This document shows, one piece after another, positions 12,832-26,220 of a stretch of DNA of 64,000 bases. The stretch's first letter is position 1; each line of letters opens with the position of its first letter. The DNA comes from Octopus sinensis (taxonomy: Eukaryota). A model generated the notes under the pieces. It was given only the letters and a program-made list of their open reading frames with translations, was not told the origin of the DNA and searched no databases. The stretch is from contig NC_043000.1 in the NCBI RefSeq assembly GCF_006345805.1, positions 148,180,001 to 148,244,000 of the forward strand, read 5' to 3'. A program made the position numbers and the translations under genes.

Positions 12832-12870
12832 GTAAGGGAACATTTCTGTTCTGTTATGAGCATATACTCT

Positions 12871-13059
12871 TTTACTTGTTTCAGTCATTTTGACTGCGGC
12901 CATGCTGGAGCACCGCCTTTAGTCAAGAAAATCGACCCCGGGACTTATTCTTTGTAAGCCCAGTATTTATTCTATCGATCTCTTTTTGCCGAACCGCTAA
13001 GTGACGGGGACGTAAACACACCAGCATCGGTTGTCAAGCAATGCTAGGGGGACAAACAG

Positions 13060-13110
<51 letters not shown>

Positions 13111-13260
13111 TACGACAGGCTTCTTTCAGTTTCCGTCTACCAAATCCACTCACAAGGCATTGGTCGGCCCGGGGCTATAGCAGAAGACACTTGCCCAAGA
13201 TGCCACGCAGTGGGACTGAACCCGGAACCATGTGGTTGGTTAGCAAGCTACTTACCACAA
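12871..13260 (-). mobile_element. tRNA-derived CORE-type SINE with central (TA/CA) microsatellite (OR2-like)
   Basis: tRNA-like head GGCTGTGTGGTAAGTAGCTTGC…GGTTCAGTCCC, CORE-like CTTGGGCAAGTGTCTT. Copies: 28855-29185(-), 31578-31962(-), 32500-32770(+), 38008-38395(+), 46215-46615(-), 53685-54080(-); older at 1540-1870, 35165-35330, 37190-37660, 43590-43990. Family name not verified. Confidence 0.85.
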
Positions 13261-13261
13261 A

Positions 13262-13798
13262 TTCCTTCAAATGTTCGAGAGGGTCCATGAAAGTAATTGA
13301 TAAATGACTTAATTAGCAGTGGTAGTAGATGTTCTGAAAGTGTTGTAGACAGAGTAAGAACAGGGAGGGAAAAGTTCAAGGAGCTATAGCCTTTACTAGC
13401 AGCAAAGGACTTCTCCGAGTGAAAGGCAGATTGTTTGATGTTTGTGTGCACAGTACTTTGTAGCATGGTGGCAGGAGAGGAGTGTCGAAGGCAGAGGATG
13501 TATAATATGTTGGAAAGAAATGAGGTAAGCATTGCTTTGATGAATGTACAATGTTAGTGTGTATGAAGGAGCGCAGATGTGCTGGAAGGAAAGCTGGATA
13601 TAAGAGGAATCATTGCAGTGTACAAGAGAGAAGACTACACTAGTATGAACTTGTAATGTGTATGGAGGATGACATTTGGGTAAAAAAAAACGATGGTTCA
13701 AGTTGAAGGAAGCTATTAAAGAAGACTAAGGAGGTCACTGGAAGAGTTGATGAAAGCTGACCTCAGGTGCCTTAACTTCTTGATGATGACAAAAAGAC
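13262..13798 (+). mobile_element. RTE (BovB-like) LINE 3' fragment; continues after the foldback at about 14587-14650
   Basis: Degenerate KGRLFDVCVHST, LERNE, VQERRL, VEGS…W…MKADL motifs with stops and frameshifts. Confidence 0.75.
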
Positions 13799-14586
13799 AG
13801 ATTTCTTCAGTTTTGCTCACAGATTTAAAAATTATTTTTTTTAACGAAACAGTTTGAAATTTTGTATACTGGTGTAATTTCTCACACTCAACGCGTTTTT
13901 GACAAAATTTCGTATATTAGAAGTTATTTTGTGTTAAAGTTGTATTTGGGTAATTTTAACCAATCAACAACTTGTATTCAACTGAAGGAAGCTACTGCTG
14001 TTTGCAATAGTAATCGAAAAGCAACAACTTCCGAGTCATCTCTACTAAATGTCACCACTATGTTCCATTTTATTTTTGTTTACTGCCTGTGTTGCATATT
14101 ACATGCTTTGTTTTTTGGGGGGTTTTTTTTGTACAAAGAGGCAACCTAAAAGCAAATAAAGCTTGTAGTATGCAACACAGGCAGTAAACAAAAATAAAAT
14201 ACAACAGATTGGTGAAAATAATCACAAAATTAACACAGGCAAATGTACAAAGAGGCAAACAATAAAAATAAAACAAAGTGTGTAATATGCAACTCAGGTA
14301 GTAAACAAAAATAAAATATAACAGTGGTGACATTTAGTAGAGATGACTCGGAAGTTGTTGCTCTTTGATTACTATCACCAATAGCAGTAGCTTTCTTCAG
14401 CTGAATACACATTAAAATTACCCAAATACAACAACTTTAACACAAAATAACTGCTAATATATGAAATTTTGTCAAAAACGTTGAAAGTAAACTGTGTTCA
14501 GTGTGAGAAATTACACCAGTATATGAAATTTTAAACTGTTTAGTTAAAAAAGATTTTTTAATCTGTGAGCGAAACTGAAGAGATCC
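13799..14586. mobile_element. Foldback/MITE element with about 320 bp imperfect terminal inverted repeats
   Basis: 13799-about 14120 is the reverse complement of about 14265-14586; probable 8-9 bp TSD caaaa(a)gac at 13790-13798 and 14587-14594. Confidence 0.85.
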
Positions 14587-14897
14587 CAAAAGACTGTAAT
14601 ACTTGAAGAGACACCATGCTGAAGAAAAACTATCCAACCCTTGTAAACATAAAAAAAAAAAAAACAATGATGTAAAATGTTTATGATGGCTGGAGTAGTG
14701 ATTGGCTTTGATCTACTTAGTGTCATTTTATATATTTTCTGGGTTTTTCTCAATTTTAGGTGCTAAATTTCTCTATTTTCTTAGATTTATCTTTGTGTTT
14801 GTTTAAAGTCAATTAAGTAGAAACAAATGGTTGTAGAGTGGAGTAGATTTGATTTTACTCCTTCTTTAATATTTTTCTCTTATTTTTCAATTTGCAG

Positions 14898-14984
14898 GAT
14901 GACGGCTGGCTAATGGGAATTAAACAGTCGGATGGTATACAAGGAGTTTTTCCTGCCAACTTCACTAAAAAACTACTTGGTTGA
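14898..14984 (+). CDS. Amph: Amphiphysin last coding exon ([28 protein letters not shown])
   Basis: tttgcag acceptor; GWLMG and GVFPANFT are diagnostic of the amphiphysin/BIN1 SH3 C-terminus; TGA at 14982-14984. Confidence 0.95.
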   Translation, partial: DDGWLMGIKQSDGIQGVFPANFTKKLLG

Positions 14985-17900
14985 TTAAGCAAAGATTACT
15001 ACATAGTTATTGTTATTGTTGTTGTCAATACTGTTGTCTCCCTGTAAGCCCAGGTGACTACTGTTTTTACCTTGAATTGATTGCTATTTAATCAAGATGC
15101 AAGTCATCAAACTTTGCATCGTTCCCTTCCCTTATAGATTTGATCAGTTGTACTTGTGGATTAAAGAAAAACTGAAAAAGATAAACTTTATTAAACATCA
15201 AAGATGGACATGCTGAGCTCCATCTCAAGGTAAATCAGAGCTTGTTTGCTATAAGTAACAGGACAGAATATTTGTTGCTACGATTAGTTCACTTTAAATT
15301 GAATAACAAATAGAAATCAAACTGGTATCACCTGATAGGTATACAAGGGGAGATGAGTAAAATCAAATTGAAACAACCAGTTAGTCCTACAAAGAAATAG
15401 ATAAAATGGTGTTCAAATGTTGTTATGTGGTACTAAAATAAAGGCCTGAATAACCTCTGTATGTTGCAGCTTCTCTCATATTCCTTCTCCTTTATTCTTC
15501 AGTCTGTTATTCTGTAATGATTTCAGTCAATATTTCATCTTCAAAATTAATCTGGAACATTTCCATTTAGTTTGCCTGGTTAGTTTATTTAGTGTCTATT
15601 AAACTATTAAAATTTAGACATAATTGCTATGCACTAGTATTAATTAGCTTTATAAATCTCATTATATACAGGCAATTCGATCATGCTTTGATTGATTAAT
15701 TAGCAGCTATGTTTTCATTTTTACAAGAACACATAACCCAACTTGCATATCATTTACTTGATTTTCATTTTAACTATCAGGTGGATGTGACTTGGTATTT
15801 TGCTAAACATAGGACCTAGAGATTAGAGTTCATCTGATTAGTGTTTTGCTATTGCCAGAGCATGGTTTTAGTATATTCTTGATTGTCAAGAAATGATTTT
15901 ATGAATCTGTGTTTGGTGAGTGAATATAAGAACACAATTTGTGTTATATGTATTTGATGGTTGAATGAAATTAATCCAACCCAGAAGCAGTTATCTATTA
16001 GATGCCTTAATTATTATTTAATGAGACATGTAGTTAAACCAGAAACAGAACAGTTATTTCATTAGTAACTTGTTTGATTTGCATACATTTGTATGTATAT
16101 GTGTCTGTAAGAGTGCATAGATATGCACCTGTAAGCTAGCACTGGTGCTAATGTTTTTATTTTCAATAATATTCAGCTCTACATTGAGATAAAATATTTT
16201 CCAGAGATGATAAATATCTGCATAATAATACGGTCTTCCATTCGATTTGAATTTCTTGTTCCAATTTTTATTTTTTTATAGCGTCAACCTTTGACATAGT
16301 ATAACTTTACTAATTCCAAGCAGATTGCCACTCTTGTTGTGGGACATAAATTTTATAGCATGATTTCATATTTCAGCTCCATCACAGAACTTGTGTAGTT
16401 AAGCAAAAAAGATATCTCTGCTGAGGTAGAACTTTCTATCACTTGCTCTAGACTCTATTGTGTTTACTGTGTAAAGCATGCAAACATACCCAGTCTGTGA
16501 TTTTTTCTCCCTATCGCATTTTACAAATGAACAATGCAGCTATTTAACTGGAATTAATACCAGGTCCAACGTTGATTTCAAACTAACTACTAGTCTATAT
16601 ACTTCTGGTAGTTCCTGTTCTATATCATCGATTTTGTTTGTGTATGTGTGTGTGTGTATGTGTTTTATCATGTGTATATATATATTTTTTAAATGGATAT
16701 TAAGCTGAAGGACCATTTTTTTAGTTTGATCCAGAACCACAAATAAAATATGAAACTTTTCTATGTAAAATATCCAATACTGAATTTATTTCTCACTTTA
16801 AATCATTTACCTCTGTGTGGTGTTTGCGTATCTTTTTTCTGTTTGTGTGTACATTTGTATGTCTGTGTGCGCATATCTGTAATATATATATGTGTGCGTG
16901 TGTGTATGTAACACTGACCTTTATTTCTTAATAAACAAAATGTATGTATGTGTATATATACATAAACATATATACTCACACACACACACACATAATTAAA
17001 AAAAGAAGAACAAACTATTTTTATGTCATTTACTGCTTAAAGAAAAAAAATATGATTAATTGTTAAAAGTTGGAGAGGAAACAAGCCTGTTTTACTTTGA
17101 ATTTCAAACTATCAATCTCCCAGTCTCTGTATTTCTAGCTGTTGGCTTAGAATACTCTTTAAAAAGAAATACAGACTTTATTATACATTCATTATTATGG
17201 CAGAATTGATAGAGCAGAAGACAAACTACCTTGCAGTTTATAGTTATATCCCTTCACATACTGAGTAAGAATCCCACCAGTGTCAATGTAGCCTTTCATC
17301 CTTTCGGAGTCGATAAAAAAAAATAATACAAAATACCAAATAATACTGGGGTCGATATAATTGACTGTTCTGTTCCCCAAAATTTGTTGGTTTTCGTTGT
17401 GCCTATGTTAGAAATTATTATTATTATTGTTATTGTGGTGATGGTGGTATTGGTGGTTGATCTATAGTGCAATGGTCTGTGTTGTCAGTGAACAAAACTT
17501 TTCATCCTGGTTTGGTTTCCTATTGACTCCACTTGTTTGCTAATGTGTTTGCATAAATTCTCATTTTCCCACTTTTGTATTTTTGAGACAAGATATCTCT
17601 TTCCAAATAATAAAAAAAAAATGGTTATTATTATTATTATTATTATTATCTTTATAGGGCAGAATTATTAGAGCATCAAAAATATATATTTGCAGCAATC
17701 TGGCTATTTACATTTTGTGTTCAAATCCTGTCGACTTATAAAATAAAGTACCAGTCAAGTACTGGAGTTGACTTAGTCAACTAACCCCTCCCCTCAAATT
17801 TCTGGTCTTGTGCCTATGCAAAAAAAATTATAAGGTAGATGCAATGTTTCTTCTGCTTTTTTTTTATTTTCTGAATTCAAATTCTACCAAGGTCAGTTTT

Positions 17901-18566
17901 GCCTTTCATACCTTTGGGGTCAATAAAGATAAAGTACCAGTCTAATACTGGGGTTGATGGCATCAACTAAGTTCCTTCCTTCAAAATCTCTGACCTTGTG
18001 CTTAAATTAGAAACCATTGTTATAATTGAAGCTCTTAATATTACAAAGATTCCTATTATTGCCTTTTATGAGTCACTATAATTCTGCCAGTACAGAACTT
18101 AGTTGTATCAATACAATTAATGAAGTAATTACTACCTATAACAACTATAAACTGAAGGTATTGAAGTGGTCTCTACATAGATTCTTTATCTGTTAGAAAT
18201 AGCTGCTAACTCTCCTTCAAGTTATCCCATACTATGTGGTTCAAGATTATACTATCCAATGTGACAATTTGGTCATACTTGAAACACCTTTGCTCATAAT
18301 GTCTGAACAAACAAGGAGGGCTAACTTGGAGCTAAGCAAGAACAACAAATTGAAGACGGTCACCATCTGTATAATTGAATATCTAGGAATAGTAGAGTGT
18401 CAAATGAAATGGTACCTTGTATTAACTAGTTATGACCTGAGATGAAAACCCACCAGCAATGATTTTTGCCTTTCATCTCTTTACAATGGTGTGAATAAAA
18501 TACTAGTTATATACTAAAGTTGATATGTGTGTTTTATTTTCAAAATCAGACAGCTTTATATTACTA

Positions 18567-18947
18567 CTAGCAGTATCGCCCGGCGTTGCTCGGGTTTGTA
18601 AGGGAAATAACTATATAAGCATTTTTAGAGAGTTATAGCCAAAAAATAGCAAAAAAAATGCATCAAAAATTATGGTAAATTTTTTTTTAAATCGTTGACT
18701 CATCATAGACATTTTTAGAGAGTTACTTCCCTTATATAATAGCGAAAAAATGCATTAAAATGGAAAAAAATTATGGTAAATTTTTTTTTAAATCGTAGAT
18801 TCATGCTAATACCCAGAAGGGCTCGATATGAATCACGACTATAAGATACCCGCTTTTGGTTAAACTGCACCGCAAAATGTGGGAGTAGTTAGGAATCTAA
18901 ATCGTAGGAGACAGACACTCACACAACTTCACTTTTATATATAAAGA
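18567..18947 (-). mobile_element. Non-autonomous Helitron
   Basis: Minus strand 5'-TC…CCCGAGCAACGCCGGG hairpin…CTAG-3' followed by T; internal tandem duplication. Confidence 0.75.
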
Positions 18948-21900
18948 CTGTCCTCAAGGACAGTGAGCCGACAGAAATGGTAGAACACCAGATTAAAATA
19001 TCATACGGTGCTTCGTTTTGCTTCTTTCTAAGTTTAAACCTTATTGGGGTTAATTTTTTTTTTTCAACTATCAATAAAATAATACATTGGAGTTGATTTC
19101 AATGACTACTCCTCTGTACACTTTATAAAAATTTTCACTTTTCCTTGTCAAAGTAACAATAATTGTTTCTAATTTAGGCACAAGGCCAGCCTACTAGGTT
19201 TGATTTTACTTTTCATTTGCTGATAAAATAAGTATTACAACAGTGTCAATTCATTCTAGAATTGAATTGTAATTGTTCCTCTACAAGCTATAAGATTTAA
19301 AAAGGGAATTAAAACAAAAAAAGGAGTTTTTACTAGGGTGGCTCAGTATTCAAACGGGTAAGATATGGACTTGGTGCACTTGCACTTTGTCACAGGTACT
19401 GTTTAGTTCTTCAGCAAGATACTTTACAATGCTTAAGACTACATTGTTATCAGCATTTGTAGTAGTAGTACTATTATTACTAACATTTCTAAAGATTTTA
19501 ACCCAACATCTCATTTCAGTCATCAATACTCTTGTTGTGACATACCTTTTTGCATTTAAACATCTGCAAGTGTATATATATCTGAGATTTATTGGCTGTA
19601 TATAATCCTTATTTGGATATTATTTTGTTTATCTTGCAAGGTAGCAATTTAAAATAAAATTTTAATCATTGTTGAAATTTATCTTGTTTTTCCCCCAATC
19701 ATACAAGTCCAATACTCTATTTTGCTCATGCAAGCTGAAGTTTTGTTGTTTATCCTTTATTTCAATTTTCGATAAAGGTTTTATTTTATTTAACATAAGA
19801 AGAAATGAAATAGAATTGTGTATTTGGTCCCTTCTTGGCAATGCCAATCTATCAAATGTACTCCCCCATGCGGTAAACAAATTTATCTTTCATATTGATG
19901 TGCTGATTTACTAATCCAAAGCTAATGAGTTCAATTCTTACATTATACCCTTAGGCTGGGACAAATAGTTGAACTCGACTATATAACTGAACAACGACTG
20001 CAATGAACTCACCAGTTTGGGAAGATTTGGGTGCTTTTTGGGCACAGAACCATCCTTCTCAGATTAAACAAAGAAAAAAAAATCAAGGTCACCCCTGATT
20101 TACAACTGAATAATTGTAATTATGAATGATGGCTTGTAATATTTCTCATGAAAAACGTGGAAAAATTATGTCTAAAACAAACATTAAAAAAGCTATAAGC
20201 ATTCAGGTAGTTTTTGTGATCAGATCTTATGAATTCAACTTTTGTATAAAAGTTTTTATGGCTAGTATGCTTAAAGTCCTAAACCATTTGCCTTTTAGGT
20301 GTCTTATTTCAGCTAAGCTGCTTCACTTAATGAACTCAATCAAAAATACAATCCCAGTTGTTAATCAGTGTAACTGAACCTATCTTGAAGAAAATATCAA
20401 AAGATATATAATTTGAATTTTTGTGGTGGCTTTTGAAATTTTCTTTTAGAGCTTTTCTGATAGTTGTACTATTTTCAGTTCTAAACATTTCTAATTTGCA
20501 GCTATACAAAAATTAACAGTAAAATGGGTGCTAATGTTCTTGATGTAATGAACCAAAACTCTTTAATTAATTATAATTATATATCATTAATGATAAGAGC
20601 AGTTAATATATGAGATGCAGTGAGGAGTGAGTTTGGCCTTTAGCAATACAGGAACTAAAGACTTGTTCCAGTCTTGCTAGACTTCATCAGCAAAGCATTG
20701 CCTTACTGTTACTGCAAGATCTTGGGATTACTGGGGAGAAATAAAATTTCTTGTGAATGTAATAACTTAAAAGTATAACTAGAAGGGGTAAGAGCGAAAT
20801 ACCCAAGGATGCCTGCTGCACAAAAACAAAATCTTAATAGTAAAATGCAAGCTAGCTCACTAGCTTACTTGATGTAGTAAAACCATAACTAAAATTACAC
20901 AAAGATTAAATAAGGTTGAGACTTCAACTTTACCTGGATAAACTTTCAGCTTGAGTCAAAATAGCTGTGCCTATTGCCACTGATTTACTGTTCTCTCATT
21001 ATTTTGTGCTGTTGCTCAGTTTTCAACAAGCCTACAATATGTTTACATATTTAAATTGTGAACATACTAGACACTACTACGTGATATACTACACCACACT
21101 AGAACTACTGATAAATGTTCTTTTATTTTACTTTGTCTTTTGACTGTCAACTCAGGTTACCTAATAGTTATTATATTTAGTTTCACATTTGTTCAACTTT
21201 TAAAAGACCAAAAATGTCTTATGACAAGCTTTTGTGATTGTAATAGTTGGATGATGGCCTACAATTGAAGTCATTAACTGCTTTAGTAATTTAAACTTGT
21301 CAGATAATTAAGGACAGCATTGTACTAAAGTTGAACAACCCTTTTTCTTTTTCCTTCTTCTATAATGAATATTGAATTTCATTTAATCTAAATAAATCTG
21401 GCAGCAATATACTTTTGATGTTTTCTGAATGAGTGACATTTTAACAAATACAAAATCTCTGATAATTAATTCTTTTAAACAGAATCAAAAAAAATAATGT
21501 ATTAACTGAAATGTCTATCTAATTTTTCACTATTCTTTATCTTTCGGTATAATTTACCAATTTATTTCATCTCACTGTAATTGTGTTGCCTGCATAAGGA
21601 AAGTACTTCTATTTGAACTCCAGTATCCTACTACGCCTCCATACTGAATTGAACTTGCTCCTATCTAGCTTCATTTACTAATGCTTAATATCCAGAAGAA
21701 GAATATTTAAGACTTTTCCAAGTAAACTGTAGTTAATGGCAGGCCTACCTTAATATGATGAGATATGGTACAGCTTTGTAGCATATATTCAATGACATGA
21801 GGTTTAGGATTTTCTTTGTTTGTTTTTAATTTGGAATTTTATTTTTATCCTTGAGCTTCGCTACTTAAATAATTTATTTAAATTTAATTTATCTGAGCAT

Positions 21901-22594
21901 TACTCAATCTCTAAAAATGTCTCCTAACTAAAGAAAATGCTCTCTGTATGTATCATTTTAAGAGGACAAGGTTTATTATTAAAAAAAAAAAAAAGATAAC
22001 AAAAAGAAAAAGAGAAATTACTCAAATTTTTTTAATCTTCAGTATCTGGTAATGAAATTTTGAATAACTGTTCATCTGGAAAGTATTCTTTAAAATGTTC
22101 ATTGTTAAATGTTAGGTCTTCTCTCTCCCATCATATACACACAGCAACTTTATTTATTTAACTCCACTAATCATCTCTCAAACCCCTTGACAAAAATTTG
22201 TATGAAGTCCTAACTGTTGTACTTAATACCCGCCTTCAAATAATTTACCATCTCTGTCCCTAACCCCACCCCCATTTTGTTACCCCCGAGAAGAAAAAAA
22301 AAACATTGAAAAAAATCAAAATATTGGAAGTGGTTTTTTTTTTTTTTTTCTGCTTCAGTTTCCTTTCAGGAAGTTAATTTGATGGCCCTAAATTGCCAAT
22401 CAAATTTCTATCAGTACTGTGTACACTTGCAATTTTCTTCTAAGCTTTTAGCTCTTTGGTCATAGAAACCCATGTTAAGGGTAACCAATGCTACAATATA
22501 TCTTTGGCTAAGCCCTTTGAGTTTCCATTGGTCCTGCCGAATAAGCTGTAAGGAGGTACAGTAGGAGCACTAATAATTTGTTAGTGTTTTCTCT

Positions 22595-22596
<2 letters not shown>

Positions 22597-22625
<29 letters not shown>
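22597..22625. repeat. Poly-T tract
   Basis: Direct reading. Confidence 0.95.
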
Positions 22626-25134
22626 GAAAATTTGTATCAGTATATGTTTGATATAAAATTCTTACATATACAGTTTTGTTAGAAGAAAACATGAAATTAC
22701 AAGAATTCAGTTTCACTATAATGAACAGGATTCAAATTTTGATTGACAAACAGTAATGTTACTGTTAAGACTGAATGTGTTTTCATCATTCGAGTCCTCC
22801 TGTGCACGCATATGTAAGCTTTGAGACAGATGGCTTCCTTCTGCCAGGCAAATTTGCTTTAGATTAAACTTTATAAAGGTAAAATCATCATTGGACTCTC
22901 AACAACCTCATGGGTTACAGAACATACCATTTTGAAGAATGTACTGCAATGTAAGAATTTCGTTTAAAAAAAGAAAAAAAAGGACAATCTCATTACTATT
23001 GTAGATATTTCATGAGTTTTTTTTTTTTTTTCTTTAGTTCTGTTTATACCCATATTTCAATCAGTTTGTATTTGTTAAAAAAACAGAATAAGAAATCTGT
23101 TTGGCTTAATCTCTTTTCAATTTAATGCCTCTTGGCCTTGTTGGTGGATACATTTATGAACTTCAGTTTGTGAATGATTTAATTTCTTTATCTATTTTTT
23201 GAAGTGTAATTTATTCCAGATCGCAGTTTATTACGGCATTTTAATAATGTCAGCTTTGACTTCCAAAAATAAAACTCCAATCTTTGCAACTGTTTCTTCT
23301 TTCTTTGCCTGAGTTATTTTTGTTTGAATACTCCTAAATTCTGATCAAGTAAAACTATGCCATAAAGGTAATCAGTGTAGCAAGTCATAAAAGGCGGCAA
23401 TATGAAAATTGTTGGTATCCCATTGGTTAAAATTACTGCCCATATACGAATTCTAAACTTTTGTCAAATCTTTCACGAAATACAGCTCTTAGAATTCGGA
23501 TATGAGCAGTTATAAAAACCCTGATTTTTGGGAAATTACTCGGTGTTCGTAGGATGTTACTAAACTCCACAACACTCGCTCATTGAGATATTGGCTATTT
23601 TTTATGCCATATCTATGATAAAAATCCAACAAGACTTATTTGAATTGTTGTGAACTTTATTAAGTATGAAGGATTTGCTAGTGTGAATTTTAAGTCATAA
23701 TTCTCTACAACAAAATGACTTTACTTTCCAATTGTACTATAAATGCTAAATGTACATAAATAAACTAATGTAGTAATTATTTTCTCTTTCTTCATGTTCT
23801 TCAACTTGTTAATGAAATTTATTTCTGCAATTATGAAACTGTATTTTTTATAGCGGTTAAAAGAACACGAATTTATCTATCTTCAACATACATGCACGCA
23901 TAAAATGTCAGCATTTCAGATAATATATTTCTCTCTATGGCGTTTATGTAGCTGGAGTCAGGATTTATGTATAATGATAACACTTATAAGTGTTGTGTTT
24001 ATCAATATATATTCCTACTTCAAAAATAAAATATATTTCTGGCTCCTGTGTAGTTGGCACGTAAAAAAACACCATTTGAGCGTGGCCATTGCCAGTACTG
24101 CCTGACTGGTGGCACATAAAAGCACCCACTACACTCTTGGAGTGGTTGGCATTAGGAAGGGCATCATCCAGCAGTAGAAACTCTGCCAGATCAGATTGGA
24201 GCCTGGTGCAGCCAACTGGTTCACCAGCCTTCAGTCAAATCGTCCAACGCATGCTAGCATGGAAAGTGGATGTTAAACAATGATGATGTGATTTCTTATC
24301 TATTTCCAAATAGGATACATAAAAGTAGTGTTACACAAACAGTAACCAAACCAGCTATAAAATCAGTAAAACATTCAATGATTATTAACTGAGTGATGCT
24401 TTCTACAGGAAATATTTCAAATTTTGACACAAGGCCAGTAATTTGGGGGGAGGGAGAGTTAGTCAGCTACAGTACTATTTTATCAACCCCAAAAAGGTGA
24501 AAATGTAAAGGAACAAATATCACAAACCACTTTTGTCAAAGCTTTAACAATTCTACAAGTTTATCCCCTTGTTGATAATTTCTCTAACTTGCCACTACAA
24601 AATTTGGAGGCTTATATAGAATCAAATGATAAAGATATACATTAAAAAGAAATGATGATGCAATCCTATTGACATAAGACAATTTCTAGGGCCAATAAAA
24701 GAACCAAGATTCCCCTGAAACAAAGGGATAGTACATTCTTGAATTACTCTTTGACTTACAGACTTACATTTAGAATGGTCCCATGCACTCTTGCCCTCTC
24801 ACCTAATAATAATAATAATAATCATTCAGCTAAGTTTTTTAACAGTCTTATGGGCTTTAAATTTGAAGTTGTTGGTGCTCCCTATTTTTCTCAGTTTATA
24901 GATTTACTATTGGTTGTGCCAAATATAAACTGACCCTTCTTAATACTCTAAATTGTCTAAAAAAAAAAAAATTAATTTTGAGGTTGAAGAATGTTTAAAA
25001 ATTTTATTTTTTTATAAATCTTATTTTTAAAATGTCTTTTATTGCATTAAATTTCCTTTTTCAAATATCCAAATTTTAAAAGAAAAAAATCCTAAGTGTT
25101 TTAATATTAATACTCTTTCCATTTTATATTTCTA

Positions 25135-25506
25135 CTAGCAGTATCGCCCGGCGTTGCTCGGGTTTGTAAGGGAAATAACTATAAAGCATTTTTAGAGAGT
25201 TATAGCCAAAAAATGGAAAAAAAATGATGGTAAATTTTTTTTTTAGTTAAAAAGGTCGACTTGCGTCCCCTAGACAGTCTGTGGTTTGTGTTTCTGATTC
25301 TCAACCCCATGTCGAATTTATCGATTTTTTTCAGAACTGGGGGAACTTTTCAAAATTTTCGCTGCGTTAGTTTTGAATTATGACATTGGGCTATGTGTGT
25401 GTCAAGTTTCATCAGAATCGGTTGAAAGCCGTGGTCAGGGTGAGGGTACAACCTGACAGACACACAGAAACACGCACAGACAAACTGCCGTTTATATATA
25501 GAGAGA
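25135..25506 (-). mobile_element. Non-autonomous Helitron, same 3' end as the 18567 copy
   Basis: A|TC…CTAG|T termini; about 100 bp near-identical 3' end, different interior. Confidence 0.8.
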
Positions 25507-26026
25507 TTTAATGCTCTCAACATTAAATACAAGAAATATTTTCTCACTACATAATTTCGAGCTCAATTTTTAATGCTCCCTGTTTTAAATATGTTAATAC
25601 TTGTTCAACAATACAATATACTGGATATGGCAGACTTACATAACATGCCTGAGTAGTTGCTTGGCACAATCATCAAAGTGTTGCAGCATTTGATCCACCT
25701 CTTTGGTTCTGAGTTCAAATTCCACTGAAGCCAACTTTACCTTTCCATGAGTACAAAGCATTGTACTCACCAATAACAACACTGAACACCTTTTTGATCT
25801 CCATGTGTCTAACACACGTGGACATGCCTACAAAGTCAGAAAACAACACAGCTCCCATGACTTTCGGAAACATTTCTTCACGCTAAGAGTTGCTGAAGCA
25901 TGGAATAAACTAAGGCCCTCATGCTTTCCGAAATCCGTCGAAACTACACCTGATTATATATACACTTTAGATGAGTTGTAGTGCACCTGAGCACTGTACA
26001 CAATGTTTATTATTATTATTATTATT

Positions 26027-26220
26027 ATTCTTTATGGAGCCAAAACCTAGACTAGGAAAAAGGAGCTTCGCAATTGTTTTGATGATACATACATTATACT
26101 TCTGATGAAGACTGAAACCATTTTACAGTGAGCACAAGATCAAAGAAGAGATTTTATGGATACATTCCATGAATCTGTATTATTTGTTGCTCAGTACAGG
26201 ATAAAGAAAGATGAAGTTCA
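26027..26220 (+). mobile_element. Second copy of the same RTE segment (LYGAKT…), abutting a CR1 tail
   Basis: Aligns with 29960-30140. Confidence 0.7.

Noticed and set aside
19337-19357. 21-nt micro-exon-like segment (ctag…gtaaga) downstream of the amphiphysin stop
   Set aside because: Poor pyrimidine tract and no partner exon; expected by chance in AT-rich DNA.
26101-26120. Hammerhead-like CTGATGA…GAAAC (also CTGATGA at about 8258)
   Set aside because: No stem II or stem I can be formed; 26101 is RTE coding sequence and the sister copy lacks the motif.
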